From Octopus bimaculoides (lineage: Eukaryota), in assembly GCF_001194135.2 (NCBI RefSeq), contig NC_068983.1, positions 67,079,245-67,143,244 of the forward strand: a stretch of DNA of 64,000 bases. The letters run 5' to 3'. Shown here piece after piece: positions 25,940 through 39,951 of the stretch (positions are counted from its first letter, which is position 1; each line of letters starts with the position of its first letter). The notes beneath the pieces were generated by a model that saw only the letters and a list, made by a program, of their open reading frames with translations, was not told the DNA's origin and did not search any database. The translations under genes were made by a program, and so were the position numbers.

Positions 25940-26200
25940 CTAATTTAATAGAGTGGAAATTGGAAAAGCCATCAGTGATAATTGGCAACAAGCTGAAAAT
26001 ATTCATAAAATAAGCCACATGTTGGTCAGGTAGAGTAAGGAAATATTTTCACTGATAAGTGGTGCAACAAACATCATTGTGAATTGCTACAAAGGCAAAG
26101 GAAATGCTTTAGAAAGAAATAACTGCAGATGAATAAACTAATGGACCAAGTTATAAAACTGACAGAGAAAGTTAAAGCCAATTTAATCAAGTATTCATGG
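25940..26200 (+). mobile_element. RTE LINE RT fragment (domains 0-1)
   Basis: NIIVNCYKGKGNALERNNCR*IKLMDQVIKLTEKV matches the RTE IV..YKGKG.....NYRGIKL pattern. Confidence 0.7.
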
Positions 26201-28499
26201 AGAAAAGTGGCTTAAATGAGGTACTGTTTTTGGTTTGTGTCAGGATGTGGGATTTACTGATACGCTTTTGTTGACTCTGGCAACTTCAGGAAAATTTCTT
26301 AACTAAGAACAAATTATTATGTCTTGCATTTGTTTTAGAAAAGATCTTGAAAGAATATCACAGTCCATAGTTTAGTGATCACTAATACAACTGGTTGTAG
26401 ATGACTTACTTTTGATAGCCAGGCATGAGATTCACCAATATATACCCATCCAATGTAAACAATAGATGCAGTGGCTGATCAAAAGTCAAGAGGCCTGAAA
26501 TTCATTTTAACAAGAACAAAACCTTAGCAGTAAAACAATCAGAACATTGTTACCAACTGGATGGTGGTCATTTAATATGCATAAAGAGAGGGAGTAGGAA
26601 CTTTATGCTGTGTGCCCATTGCAAACAATAGATGCAGTGGCAGGCAGCCAGAGAAAAAGAATTTCATATGTAAGTAACTGCATGACAGTAGTTAGCAGTA
26701 GGAACACAAGAAAATGAGTTTGTTAGCTAGATGACCTTATCCACAATGGAATTGGGTACTTTATTTTCTAATGCTCTGTACTCAAATAGTTCTATTTGTT
26801 ATTTTATTTTTCTTGTAACTATTTCCTTTTCCAATATTCTAGACATTTTTCTCATATCAACTTCATGTTGTCTGATATGAGATATATTTATTTTTGTTTC
26901 CTTCAATTTAATACTTTGAGAGCAAACTAAATTTATTGTTGATTAATGGTACTATTAGTGTTCCATTTATTATCACCACTCCTCCACTCCTCTTTCTGCT
27001 ACATGTATTCTTTTAAAAGTTCTAGTTAATCAGCAGAAAGCAGATAATGTAAGCATAAATATAAATTGAACTAACAATGACCTAAGCCATCAACCAGCAA
27101 GCATTAATATAATAAAGATTTTTGTTTAATTAAATTTAAGATCAATTTATTTAACTCCACAATTGATTTTTTTATTATTATTGAATAATGAAAAAACAAC
27201 CAACCCATGAAGTTGGCTTTCTCTGGTGTGTTTTTTTTTTGTTCTTTTTTTTTTGTTTTGTTTAGGCTCTGTGGACAATAGATTAGTTTTCTTGTTATGC
27301 ATCACTCTTTTGTTTACCAGACCATGATTTATCTTCAACATATCTCTGTAAAGAAATGGGTCTATATATGAAAACAATAAAGTAAAATGAACAGACATGT
27401 GGTCTTACTTAAAAATACTTTGGAAAATTTTAGGATATATATTTAAAAGTAGACCCTAGAAGAATACTTAGTTATATTTACATGGCTAACAAATAATATG
27501 CAGCATAATCATATTGTCTTGAAGCCTGGTGAAAGAATACTCATGTGCAAAGTGAAAATGTTACATTGGAATATAATTTCTTGTCATTTTGTCAAGGCTA
27601 TGAAAATAGTGAAATAGGTATTATAAAGTAATTTAAAAGATTAACCATTTTTTCTAGCAGAGATAAATCTTTCTATTTCTTTGTACCTATGATTATTCTG
27701 TTTTTTTACCTTCCCTGCAGCTATAACTTTCCAGTAATTCACTATTGGGAGATGATAGATATATCAATTTAGAGACAACAGCAAAGCCCATCTATCACTA
27801 CATCTGCCTGCTTGTTTCTCTCTCTCCTGGTTTCTCTTGGTCTTTCTTTCTTCCAGTCTTTGTTTCTTTTCTTCTTTTTTTCCTTTCTTTTGCACACACA
27901 CACACATACACACTCTCTCTCCCTCCCTCCCTCCCTCCCTCCCTCTTTCTCTCTCTCTCTGCATAAGCATATACACATACACAGATATGGAGAAAATTAC
28001 TTAAGATTGTGCCAAAATGTCCTCATGCACAAAATCTGTCATTATATTTAATCTATCCACGTTTGATGAAGCATGAGTGTTCTGAATTCTATGTTTTTAT
28101 ACTAAAATTAAATTCTAAAAGCTTTTAAAAGCTATTCTCTCGCATTCTTTATATATTTAAGATACTGGCAGTATCTCAAGCTCTAATTTTTTGGTATGTG
28201 TGTAACAGGTCATATTGCTATAGTAATAAAACGGTTTTAATTTTATTCTCTTCTTAAATTTTTTTAATATAGCTGCTTACCATGTATTTTCTTTTCTTCA
28301 TGCTTAAAAGGCAGTTAAAGAGTATGCCTGCACCAAGCACAAGGGGCTTTCCTTTCAAAAATATTAAAAAAAAAAAACACATTATATTAGAAGCCAGTTT
28401 GACTTCATTGACATATAATTTGTTCACATGTTGAGGTATAATATATATTTTGAAAAAAGAATACACAATGACATTTGTAAATTTTAATAAACTTATTCT

Positions 28500-29282
28500 G
28501 TTTTAAATACTAAAGAGTGAATATATTCAATAAAATCGCCATTGGCTTCAACCATGGCCTCCAGACTACTTCAGAATCTCCTGGAACTCTACTGGACAAT
28601 CTCCTTGTTTAAGTTGGTGAATGCTGCCGTAATCCTTGCCTTCAGTTCATCTTTTATGTTACAAGGAGTTTTGTTGGTCTCTTGCTCAACTGTGCCCTAC
28701 ACATAATAATCAAAGAAGTTGCAGTCTGGGGAGTTAGGTGGCCAGATGTTAGGGATTATGTGGTCAAACAATTGTCTGACAGCCATGACTGGGTTCTCCT
28801 GCTTGTGTGGCATGTTGCAGAGTCCTGTTGCCAGACATAGGGACTTCTAGCAGCCACCCTCTTGACCCAGGGCAGCACTACCTCCCCCAGGCACTTGATG
28901 TAGGCCTCTATGTTGAGTTTGAGGCCATGTGGGAATGGAAGTATAACGTTGCCATCACTAGTGATCACTCCAAATACCATGATGTTAACTGGATGTTTCA
29001 TTTTTATCACTTTTGATACATATCCTCAGATTGCACTGCCCTCCAACTTACACCCACACACTCTGAAACATTCGTACTGGAGTTTCTGACACAAATGCCA
29101 GGCAGTATAATATATTGTTTCTAAATTTCTGGCTGAGTGAATTGCGTCATGGTGCTGTTTTTCTCACAGTCAGTGCCCAACTGATCCTACCATACTGTGT
29201 AGTCGACAAAATCAAAAACAAAATTGCTCATGCACAAAATAAAAAATTTTAAATGGCAACAATTTACCCATCGCACCCTGTG
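28500..29282 (-). mobile_element. Internally deleted Tc1/mariner-superfamily transposon, DD37D (maT-like)
   Basis: KHPVNIMVFGVITSDG...YVWQQDSATCHTSRRTQSWLSDN..DHIIPNIWPPNSPDCNFFDYYV. Spacing is 37 residues between the second and third D after correcting one frameshift. One TIR (cacagggtgcgatgggtaaattg) lies next to a TA at 29283. Confidence 0.8.
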
Positions 29283-29336
<54 letters not shown>

Positions 29337-31937
29337 ATAATTGTTCTCTATATTTAAATATGTTATACTCATATATATTTAGTAATTAGTTATACAAGTT
29401 GCCTATTGAATATTATGCATTTTTAAATATTCCTGTGCTACTACACACTGAAAGACATTTCTAAAAGAAAAGAAAATCACTGAAATAGAATATGGATAGT
29501 CTATTTAAAAATTAAGTATAAAACATTTGTGCATTTGGTTTGTGTTAAGAGCAACGTACATTCTTTCTCTGAAGCTGTGTTTTCATATGCCAAATTAGTG
29601 GAATAAACACTGAATCAGAGTAGAACATTTTTCACAATAATAGCAGACATGACTATTAATTAATTCTGACACTGCACTACTTACTGGAAGGAAGGTAGTT
29701 ATTAGAACATGAAACAAGATTCAGTATACATACTTCTGACCAATAAAATCCTGACTCATACTGGAACCGTTTTCATTGAATTACATTGTTTACTTTTTTT
29801 AATTTTTTTTTTTTATTCCAATCCGGTCAGCATGTTTAGCAGATTTAATGAAACAAGTCATAACATTAACCCTTTTGTTACCATATTTCTGTTGAAATAC
29901 ACTGTCTTTGTTTCAATTAATTTTGCAAACAAGAATTTAGTAAAATAGCTTCATAATTATTTTAAACTGGTATTTCAAACATAAATCAACATGAAATTTT
30001 GATGGACTTTTTTTTTTTTTAATTTAGATCATTTCTAAAATAAGAAGTTTGTATTTTGGGTGGGTTGATATCAAAAGGGATCAAGAAGTTCAAAGATTAC
30101 TAAACTTGAAAATGCATATGATGAAATTTACTCATCATGATTTGTTCATCAAATTTGAGTATAGTTTAAAGTATATTTAAACATTGTATAAATTTTCGTA
30201 AATATTTTGTTTCTGAGAACTTACTTTGAATTCCTTTCATTTGTTTTCAAACAAATTCCTTTCATTTATTTTCAAACAAAATTTGATTCTAGATATAATG
30301 TTTTTACATACTTAGTTTTTAATTAATTAAAACTTAAATAGGATTTTAAAGAAGAGAATCTGAGTGAATTTTATACTCAAGTTAAACAAAACAAAAAAAA
30401 AAAGTGAGAAATCAAGAATAGGGACCGGGGTGGATATACTGTTGCCAGCTCAATTAACTCAGCTGAGTCTACATCAAATCTCCCATGTTATTTTGGAGCA
30501 CAGTATAAAAATATCATATTGATTTGGTGAATTAGAATGGCACAAATAAATTGAATTCTCGTGGAATGTTATTTCATTATATCAACATGGCTTGGCTAGA
30601 TTGATTGTATCTTAAACATCTCAACAGAAAAGAATGATTCATTGCTAGCTTGTGGCATAGAATTCATTATATTCACTTTTTTAACTGTATACACTATGTC
30701 ATCTTAACAATTTGACTTTGATGAAGAAAATCTCTGGTTTGATAATACGATAAGGAGAACTACCTAGCATGTTCAGTGAAGTTGTTACAAGGATGAGCGT
30801 ATCATTAAATATTCAAGATTAAATATACTTCATTAGTACTAGTGTGTTTTGTAACAATACCTTATCTTATCTAACTTCTGTTTTATCAAATGACACTTTC
30901 ATACATTTTAGTCAATGATAATAATCATATGCTAAAATATGTCTGAAGCAAGATATGATCAGATGCGTACATGCATATGCCGCTGTGTGTGTGTGTACAC
31001 ATACATACATACATACATACATACATACATGCGCACTATTTGTTAGAAGCTGAGCATTCTTGAATTGTAACTCTGTTCACATTTCAAGATACTTACACAA
31101 TCAGAAGCATGAGACTTAGTCATGATTCAGAACAGTCATTAAAGTGTCAGATAAAATGTCTTGCAATGTTTCTCCTGGCTCTCTGCACACCGGGTTGAAA
31201 AACCCTCAAAGGTGTCTTTGCCTTTCATCTCTTCAGGGTCAATAAATAAAATGCTAATCAAGGGAAGGAGCCACTTCTCCTTCCCTTATTCCCTCCATTT
31301 GCCACACTCTCTCAATAAGCTACATTTAAAAGGGCAAAGAACAAGTGTTCTCATTATAGCTTCTTCAGTCCTTTAGTAACCTCACTATGAACGCGCTAAG
31401 AATGAAAGTTACAATTCTAAAGTTTCAGCTGCTAATATAACATACACAATATACTTTACCTACTGAGTTCCTCTCCCCAACTTGTTTCTAAAAACATGTG
31501 TGTTTCAGTATGGATGTACGTGTGTGTGTGTGCATGTTTTTGTGTCTTGCATATGACTTTCAAGTTTCAACTGCATCCAGTAGTGAGGCCCTAGTATGAA
31601 TGAGAGTTCCAGAGTTTTAAAGGGAGTGAATCCACCTCTTAACCACTATTGCTCCCAGATCTACTAGCCTGCGAGACACTGGGTGTGAAGGACCCTTAGT
31701 TCTTCTTAGAGCTTCCATTTAGGAGAAGGTAAAATGGTACAATGTAACCAGAAGTACAGTTGGTTGCTGATGAAGTCAACTTCTGTCGTGCCACTAGTTT
31801 TATTCCTGATTGCATTGAAAATGGGTTCAGTGCTCTGCAACATTCTATCCACTCACAAAAATTCGTGTATGAATATACATTCATGCAAACTATGATATTT
31901 ATATACATGTGTACTTTCCTACATATATGTATATATA

Positions 31938-34659
31938 CCATAAAAAACCCATGTAATTTGTTCACCTGTGTAATTTATGCAGGTGAATTTCAGGATAAAG
32001 TTTGTTAAAAAATAGCTTCAACTCATGTAAAATTCACACCCAAAAGTTTTCAGAATTGCTGATATGGCCAGGGGAAAAATGTTTTCAATTTAGTTGCATT
32101 TAGCATAACTTCACTTACTTATGATTAGATTTATTAAATTTTCATTAAATAAAAATAATGTCTGTTTAACAGGTATCACATTGAAAGCTATTAAATTACG
32201 AAGTGTTTATATTGTTTATAATAAACTTTTTTTTACATTTCTTGCCCACAAGAGATTATGTTCAATCTTTAGCATACGTCTATATCTCTTCTCAAATCAA
32301 GATCACAGAAAAAGTTGTTCATAATTCTTATCAACAAAAACAAAGCTGATAAATACGCACAAGTATTGCAAAATAAATTTAATTACTAATAAACATCAGC
32401 TTGGATGACACTTTACTCAACTGACAGAGGAAGGTGACCGATCAAACTGATTATGTAAACAGATTTCTGATTGGTTTAAAGTGTCTTCTTGTCTCAGGCT
32501 CTGATTTTCTTCCTATTCTTGTCAGAACCTTTAAAACAGAGCAACAAAATTTTGTTCCCTTTCACTCTTATAAAATGTCAAGCAAACTTGAAAATTTGTC
32601 ATTACCATTTTAGCCAGGAGACCAAATTGATTGTTTGGTAACCCACTAAAATAAACAATAAAAATTGAAAGGAAAAAATAAACAACTTTGCAAGTTTAAC
32701 TCAGTGTTTACTGAACAAGGGAGGTGCAAAATTTAAGAAGCAGCTTGCTAGAATATACACGTCTGTGAAGAGAAATGGACAAGAATAGCAAAAATCTACT
32801 ATGCCAAAAGAACTGATAATACATACATTACAAGTGTTCTATGAAGAGAACATAAGATTGCTGCATAATTCAACATAAATGTGAAATTATATTATATAAG
32901 GTAAATGAAGGTTTCTGTAGGAATGCTGAGCCATATTCACTTAGTGAGTTTACATATGTAAGGATGAATTATGATGTTATCGTCATTGATTTCAGCGGTG
33001 ATGAATTTCATTGTCTTAACATGGAGAAAGCGAGCAATAGCTTCCTGGTGGCAAATGCAAGCTAGTCTTCTTAAGTGGAGAAAAACTGATCGATTTAACG
33101 AAATTGCTGGGCTCCATTGCGATAGGTAGAAACTCCAAGCAATGTAAAATATGGCCTGGACTGTGATTACCAGCATGAACGTCAAACTTCAAAAAGAAGT
33201 TAACCATTTAATGGTTTTAGTAAATTTATACAGAAAAAGTAAGCATTATACTGTTCAGCATAAATAAAAGTCAACTTCATCATATTTTTTTCTGTAACAA
33301 CCTACTCTGACATTAAATGACTGAACTTCCTGTACGAATATTTATATTTGTACGTCATTTTTCAACAAAAAAATTTCTAAAAAAATTTGGTAAATTTTGA
33401 TCCTTTCACTCGCACGATTTTCACTATGGAAAAACTTGGATTTTTTTGTATGGAATCAAGTACCCTGACCTCCTAATATGCTGCAAACTCATTTTTGTTC
33501 AGAAAAAAGGTGGGGTGGGAAACCGAATCATCCTCATATCCCAGAATCATTGGAATTTCTTTTTTTTTTGTTGTTGTTGAATGAATTCTGATGANNNNNN
33601 NNNNAACAAAAAAATTTCTAAAAAAATTTGGTAAATTTTGATCCTTTCACTCGCACGATTTTCACTATGGAAAAACTTGGATTTTTTTGTATGGAATCAA
33701 GTACCCTGACCTAATATGCTGCAAACACTTTACTTTTGTTCAGAAAAAAAGGCAGGGTGGGAAACCACACCCCCTTCATATCACGGAATCATTGGACATT
33801 TTTGTTTTTTTCATTGACTGAATACCGGTGATCTAATATGCTACAAAACCCTTTTGGGTCAGGAAAATGGGGTGGGGTGGAATCCTCAGAAATTTCACCA
33901 CCCCCCCATTTTCAAAAACTTTTGCTATTTCTTTCTTTACCCATAATCTTAGATAACATTTTGCAGAAATAACAATTTCAAGAGAGTGTAGATTACATTA
34001 GATTGAAAATTCAAAGAAATTTGAAATGAATAAGTGAAAATGCAGAGGCTATAGAAGTTAGTGGTAACGAAGTGTGTGGAGAGTTAACAAACAATAAACT
34101 CATCTAAAAAAAAAAGACATGAAAGAGTTTTTGCATGTACATGTGAAACGAAGTAAAAGTATAATAATAACAAATTATCTTTTTGCTACTTCTTAAAATC
34201 ACTGGATATAATATATATAATTATCCCAAATAGATTTTCCCTTTGCAATTTTTGGCACCGAAATGAGTTTCATTTTTGTGCAGGGAGAGTGAGAGAGAGA
34301 GAGAGAAAGAGAGAATGAGTGAGTGAGAGAAAGAGAGAAAGAAAGAGAAAAAGTACTATTCGAGCGTGATCGATGCTAGTGCCATCTGACTGGCCCCCTT
34401 GCCAGTCACACTTGAAAAGCACCCACTACACTCTCGGAGTGGTTGGCATTAGGAAGGGCATTCAGCTGTAGAAACCTTGCCAGAGCAGACTGGAGTCTTA
34501 TTGCAGCTTCCTGGCTTGCCAGTCCTTGGACAAACCATCCAACCTTTGCCAGCATGGAAAGTAGACGTTAAATGATGATGATATATAATGATATATATAT
34601 AATTATGATGAATTGTTACCCATTCAATGTTTAGGTAAACTTCATCACTCACTCACTCA

Positions 34660-34701
<42 letters not shown>

Positions 34702-35407
34702 CTCTCTCTCTCCACACAAAGATGAAATTCATTTCGGCGCCAAAAAATTGCAAAGGGAAAATCTATTTGGGATTATTATATATATTATATCCAGCGATTT
34801 TAAGAGGTAGCAAAAAGATATTTTGTTATTATTATACTTTTACTTCGTTTCACACATACAAGCAAAAACTCTAACATGTATTTTTTTAGATGAATTTATC
34901 GTTTGTTATCTCTCCACACACTTTTATAACCTCTGCATTTTCACTTATTCTTTTCAAACTTCTTTGAATCTTCAATCTAATGTAATCTACACTCTCTCGA
35001 AAATGTATTTCTGCAAAGTGTTATCTAAAATGGATATGAAAGTGGAATTGGGGGTGTCACCCCATTTTCCAGACTCCAAAAAAGGGTTTTGTAGCATATT
35101 AGATCACCGGAATTCAGTCAATGAAAAAACACAAAAATTTCCAATGATTCTGTGATATGGAGAGGCGGCCCAGTTTCCACCCACCATTTTTTCTGAACAA
35201 AAATAAGGGGTTTGCAGCATATTAGGAGGTCAGGGTACTTGATTCCATGCAAAAATCGAATTTTTTTTTCTTAGTGAAAATTGTGTGGGTGAAAGAATCA
35301 AATACCAAAAGTTCTGGAAACTATCTACTCATGTAATTTACGCACCCACGAAAGTTTATCTTTGTTTTTGTGTAAAACAAGTACGTAAATTACATGGGTT
35401 TTTACAG
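31938..35407. mobile_element. Possible pogo/Tc2-like element defined by matching termini, with a fold-back element nested inside
   Basis: TA|ccataaaaaacccatgtaattt at 31938 matches the reverse complement of aaattacatgggtttttacag|TA at 35407. Only weak transposase-like traces at ~32700-33200. Confidence 0.4.
33605..35312. mobile_element. Large fold-back element with about 700-bp inverted arms (33605-~34345 and ~34640-35312) around a SINE-containing spacer
   Basis: ggaatcaagtaccctgacc / ggtcagggtacttgattcc, gagagtgtagattacattagattgaa / ttcaatctaatgtaatctacactctc and cccaaatagattttccctttgcaatt / aattgcaaagggaaaatctatttggg are reciprocal and in mirror order. Confidence 0.85.
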
Positions 35408-37145
35408 TATGTATATATATATATGTAAAAAACATATATGTCTATTTCTCTGTGTGTATAATACACACACACACACACATACATGTATATACTAACCTAA
35501 GTAAATATAGCAAATTTGCTGATACAAATGTGTATGTTTCATAAAGAAACATTTATCCACACTGTGTAAATTAAACTCAGTGGTTAAACTATTAGCCTTT
35601 CTTTACAAATTGAGTAGTGAGTTAACTAGTTTCACCTAGTCATGACTGGCTCATTTAAAATATTTACTTCTAATGCATATTGTTGTGACAGATTACTGAT
35701 TGATAAATCGTATATATATATACTTATATGTATATATTTAGTAAGCGTGCATTTAGTCTTACTGTACAAATAGACCTTATTGTTAAACCACAAAGCTTTC
35801 TCTGCAAAACAACCTGAAGAGCAGTTCTAGTTTTGCACTGTCATTTCTAGTTAATTAAGAGTACTTGCTTAATTTGTTTTCCTGATAGAGACTGTAGCTT
35901 ACAATTACTTCTGAAAAATGCAGTGAAAGGTAGACACTGCTTTTTTCTCAATTACATCTCATTATATTTGTTAGTCAAACTTATTCATTAGTGATGCATA
36001 CATGTCACTGTTTCTGAATCTTTTTGTTTTTTAAATATACTTTTACCCCAAAAGATTCATATCTGTCAGTATATGCAGTATATTTTTCTGCATCACTCAC
36101 TTTGCTTATTTTAATAGATATCATTAAATCATATAAGACACCACAATATTCTGTAGAGGTTCTTTCAAATGTGCTACCATGTAAATAACAAGTTTAACAT
36201 ATTCTGGCTTCATTTCTTTTCCTTTAAATTCTGAATATTGATTTCTTACCATGACACATCTATAAAATATCTTTAAAAATTTAAACATTCTATGGTGTTA
36301 CACTTTATATGTAACTAGTTTCATTTTTTCCAATAATGTTCCTGTACTAAGATGTTCCTTATCTGCATGAGTCATGACATTTTGTGAACTGAAGTGATAA
36401 ATAAGACAAGATCAATAACTAGTAGTCTTGCTCTACTAAATTTTCAGTTTCTTCATTTGGAGACATTGCTGCTACAGTTACTTCCCTCTAAGCATTTGAC
36501 ATAGATAAATGCAGTTTATTGACTGATACCTGTTAGTGCTTTGTAGTTTTTCAGTTTCTGTCAACATCTTTAACTGATATATAGGCTACAATATGTCCCT
36601 GGCCTAAACATTTAGCTTTACAATTAGTTAATTACTTCACACATGAAAATGTATGTCCATTGCTTGCTTGGAACTTTTCTGTTCACTTCTACTGCACTGC
36701 ATGTTTATGAATGTAACAATCAAATTTATTAATTGGATTACAACAAGCAGAAATTGTTAAATAGTCTGTCAGCTCAAAACATGGACAAACACACACGTGC
36801 ACAAACAAGCATGCATGTGCACAAATACACACACATGCACATACACACATAGTTATATTATCCTGCTTAAGCTACTATATCACCTGTTACTTATTTTGAT
36901 TTAGATGGGATGGAGATGATACTAGATAATAAAACAATAATTGAAGGATGGATCAGGGACTGCTGGAGCAGCAAAAGCATGCAAATGAAGCTGCCAAAGT
37001 GCCAAAGCTAATCGAAAGAGACTCGGCAGTTGTCTGCTGCTGAGATTTGTTAAGTAATGTTCATTTACTCACCTTTACACATTCAGTTTATATCTTAATA
37101 ATTTGAAACTGAAAAATTGCATCTTTCCATAAAATTGTTTTACTA

Positions 37146-37570
37146 CATCATCATCATCGTTTAACGTCCATTTTCCATGCTGGCATGGGTTGGACGGTTT
37201 GACTGGGGACTGGCAAGCCAGGAGGCTGCACCAGGCTTCAATATGATCTGGCAGTGTTTCTACAGCTGGATGCCCTTCCTAATGCCAACCACTCTGAGCA
37301 TGCAGTGGGTGCTTTTTACATGCCACCAGCATGGGAGCCAGTCAGGCAGCACTGGCATTGGCCATTTTCGGATGGTGCTTTTTATGTGCTACCGGTACAG
37401 GAGCCAGTTGGGGCAGGGGTACTGGCATCGACCATGTTAGGATGGTGCTTTTTACATGCCACCAGCACTGGGAGCCAGTCAAGCAGAACTGACAATGACC
37501 GACGTATGCATCGTGCTTATTGCATGCCACCAGCACAGGAGCCAGTCAGGTGGCACTGGCATCAACCACA
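37146..37570 (-). mobile_element. (ATG)n-tailed retroposon copy with internal tandem sub-repeats
   Basis: Reverse complement of the 17424 family, with repeated atgccaccagca...gagccagtc units. Confidence 0.85.
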
Positions 37571-38377
37571 AACACAATTTTCATTTGGTTGTGATTTGAT
37601 TTGATTTTGATTTTACTTGATTCAATAGGTCTCCTCAAACACGGAATGCTGCTCAACGATTAAAAGGTACTTTTTAAATGGGCTGGTCATGTGACACTGG
37701 TATAGGAAATACTTTTGTGTATGAGAAATAGATATCTCTTAGAATAATTAAAATTGAGGGATTGGTGAGTGAAATATAAACAATACTCAATAACAATAGC
37801 TTGTCATTGAGTCATGATTTTATTTGTTGTGATTATTTACCTTAAAGAGCATGAAAACAAAGAGCATCAGAGTTCCTGACATGATATCTCTTCTATTTTG
37901 CTTTTTAAACTTCTGATTTTATCTACTGTTTTTGTGAAAAGCCATTTCTAACAAACTGTGGAAAGATATTTGATATTGGTCTAGTTGTAAATTTTTTCAA
38001 GTATGACGAAGTTTATCAAATTACAAGGCTCCGTTTTCTTGTTTTCTTCATGCCAAATTATAGATAAAAATGTAACGATATACTGGAAATTCTCAAGATT
38101 GCTACTTGAGTCATGACTTTATTCAATGTTTCTGACTCCACTAATCTTTCTTGTTTCCTAACATAAAATTGTTTGTCATAACATTCCTTTCATTTCTTGA
38201 TCTATCATACTTTCTTTACAAACTTTTAGTATAATTTCTCTAATGATAATAAATATCTTATCTCTTTGAGAATCTCTTAATACCTCTCAGCTAATCTCAT
38301 TTACATACAATATTTGATATCAAAATTCTTATAAATTCAGTTGAGAAAAATGTTTGTGTGTATTTATATGTGTATAT

Positions 38378-38417
<40 letters not shown>

Positions 38418-39782
38418 TAAAATATCATATTAATAAAAGGATATATTTAGATAACCCTTGTACATACATTTTTATGTTATTTGAAAAATATTTAAAAAGT
38501 AAATATTTAAAAACAAATATAATTTCCTCAGCAATTGAAATCGAAATAAATGCTTGAAATGAAGCAAAATATAGCATTCGCTGTTACAAGTTGAATGCAA
38601 ACCATATGGTTGATGTAGGAAAAAATGAAAAAGATAGAACGAAGAAAATAGAACTGGAAAAACAATAATAATGGCCAAAACAAAATGTGAAAGATGAATG
38701 TCTAATAAACTAATGTTCACGCACACATGCATATATATGTATGTATGTTTGTATATGTGTGATATCAAATATGTTAAGGATGTATTCTCTTTCTCTTGTT
38801 TTGAATAAATCTTTTTTCATGTCCATTATTCACTACAGTGTGACATGATCCTCTAAAGAATTTGAAGTAATCAGAAGTAATCATTTTCAGTATTAGAGAT
38901 ATCATTGCTTGATTTCTACTGCAATGAAATTGCAAATTAATTTTTTTAATTTGTTTAAACCAAATAGCAGAATATATCTGTTATTTTCTTTCACAAATTT
39001 TGTTTTCTCTGCTCAAAGTTGTATGATCCTAGAAATGACTTTTGTTTTAAATTAAATATATTTGAAGTACTTTCAACCATAAACATAGTTTTATTTCTAT
39101 TCTGTTTCTGATTGATGGATTTCTACTCCAACATGGTTAACTACTTTTAAAATTGTTTTAATTTTTTTACTCCTCTTTTCTTGTATCCATTTGTATCCAA
39201 GCTTGGATTCCTTTATTGTGAACACAAGTTGACCTGCTCCCGATACTCATGTTTAATTAGTTATTGTTGTTGCATATGTATCAATTAAAACTATATAAAT
39301 TTATCAGAAAACTAACATAGTTATTTGAGCTGGTTTCCTAACTTCACCTGGCAATTCTCTTAATAACAAAGCTACCATGTAAGTCCCCTCACCTTTTGGC
39401 ATTTGGGCGTGCCTTTGCTTTGTTGCTGCACAATTGATATGATCTTAGAAAGTGTGTGGCAGGAAAAAACAAAGACAAAGCTGCATGACAGCCAGCTGAT
39501 ACGGGCAACTAAACTGTCTCTTACAAGAAAATTTGTATACGTATGTGTGATAATAATTCATGTTTAAAGACTGTAAATGTTTCTGAAACTTGCATAATTT
39601 GAAAGTATTATAAAAGAGATATACTAATTGGGCAATTCTTGAGTTTCAGGCATTACTTTAAATTCCATTGCAGATGAAAATCATTTTTCTATCATGACTG
39701 GTTTATTCTGAAGCCATTTTGCAGCCAAATTCTTTGTCATAAGCTCAGTTTATTTTGGCATAATTGTTATATATGTGTGTGT

Positions 39783-39813
<31 letters not shown>

Positions 39814-39896
39814 TGTGTATGTATGTAGAAGAAGAAAAGGAAAAGATAAGAAAGGTTCTCTAACAATGCAGGAAGTTTACTAAAACCTTTATATTT

Positions 39897-39951
39897 AGGT
39901 CCAAAAGCCCATCTTCAGATGGATGCTGTCTGAGGATGGGCCTTTGCACCT
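39897..39951 (+). other. 55-nt hairpin (23-bp stem, 9-nt loop)
   Basis: AGGTCCAAAAGCCCATCTTCAGA pairs with TCTGAGGATGGGCCTTTGCACCT; 21 of 23 positions pair, including one G-U. Confidence 0.7.

Noticed and set aside
27721-27800. Strong-looking acceptor ttttttaccttccctgcag
   Set aside because: All three frames hit stops quickly and no convincing donor follows.
31150-31860. GC-richer non-repetitive-looking stretch (also ~39380-39530), possibly regulatory or conserved
   Set aside because: No motif or structure I can support without cross-species alignment; part may be a decayed LINE 5' region.
33365-33840. Tandem duplication of the left fold-back arm across a 10-N gap
   Set aside because: The first ~110 bp are identical and the copies abut a gap, so an assembly overlap or haplotype artefact is as likely as a real duplication.
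36906-37050. GC-richer, protein-looking patch (MDQGLLEQQKHANEAAKVPKLIERDSAVVCC*)
   Set aside because: All frames stop early, there is no good donor and no recognisable homology.
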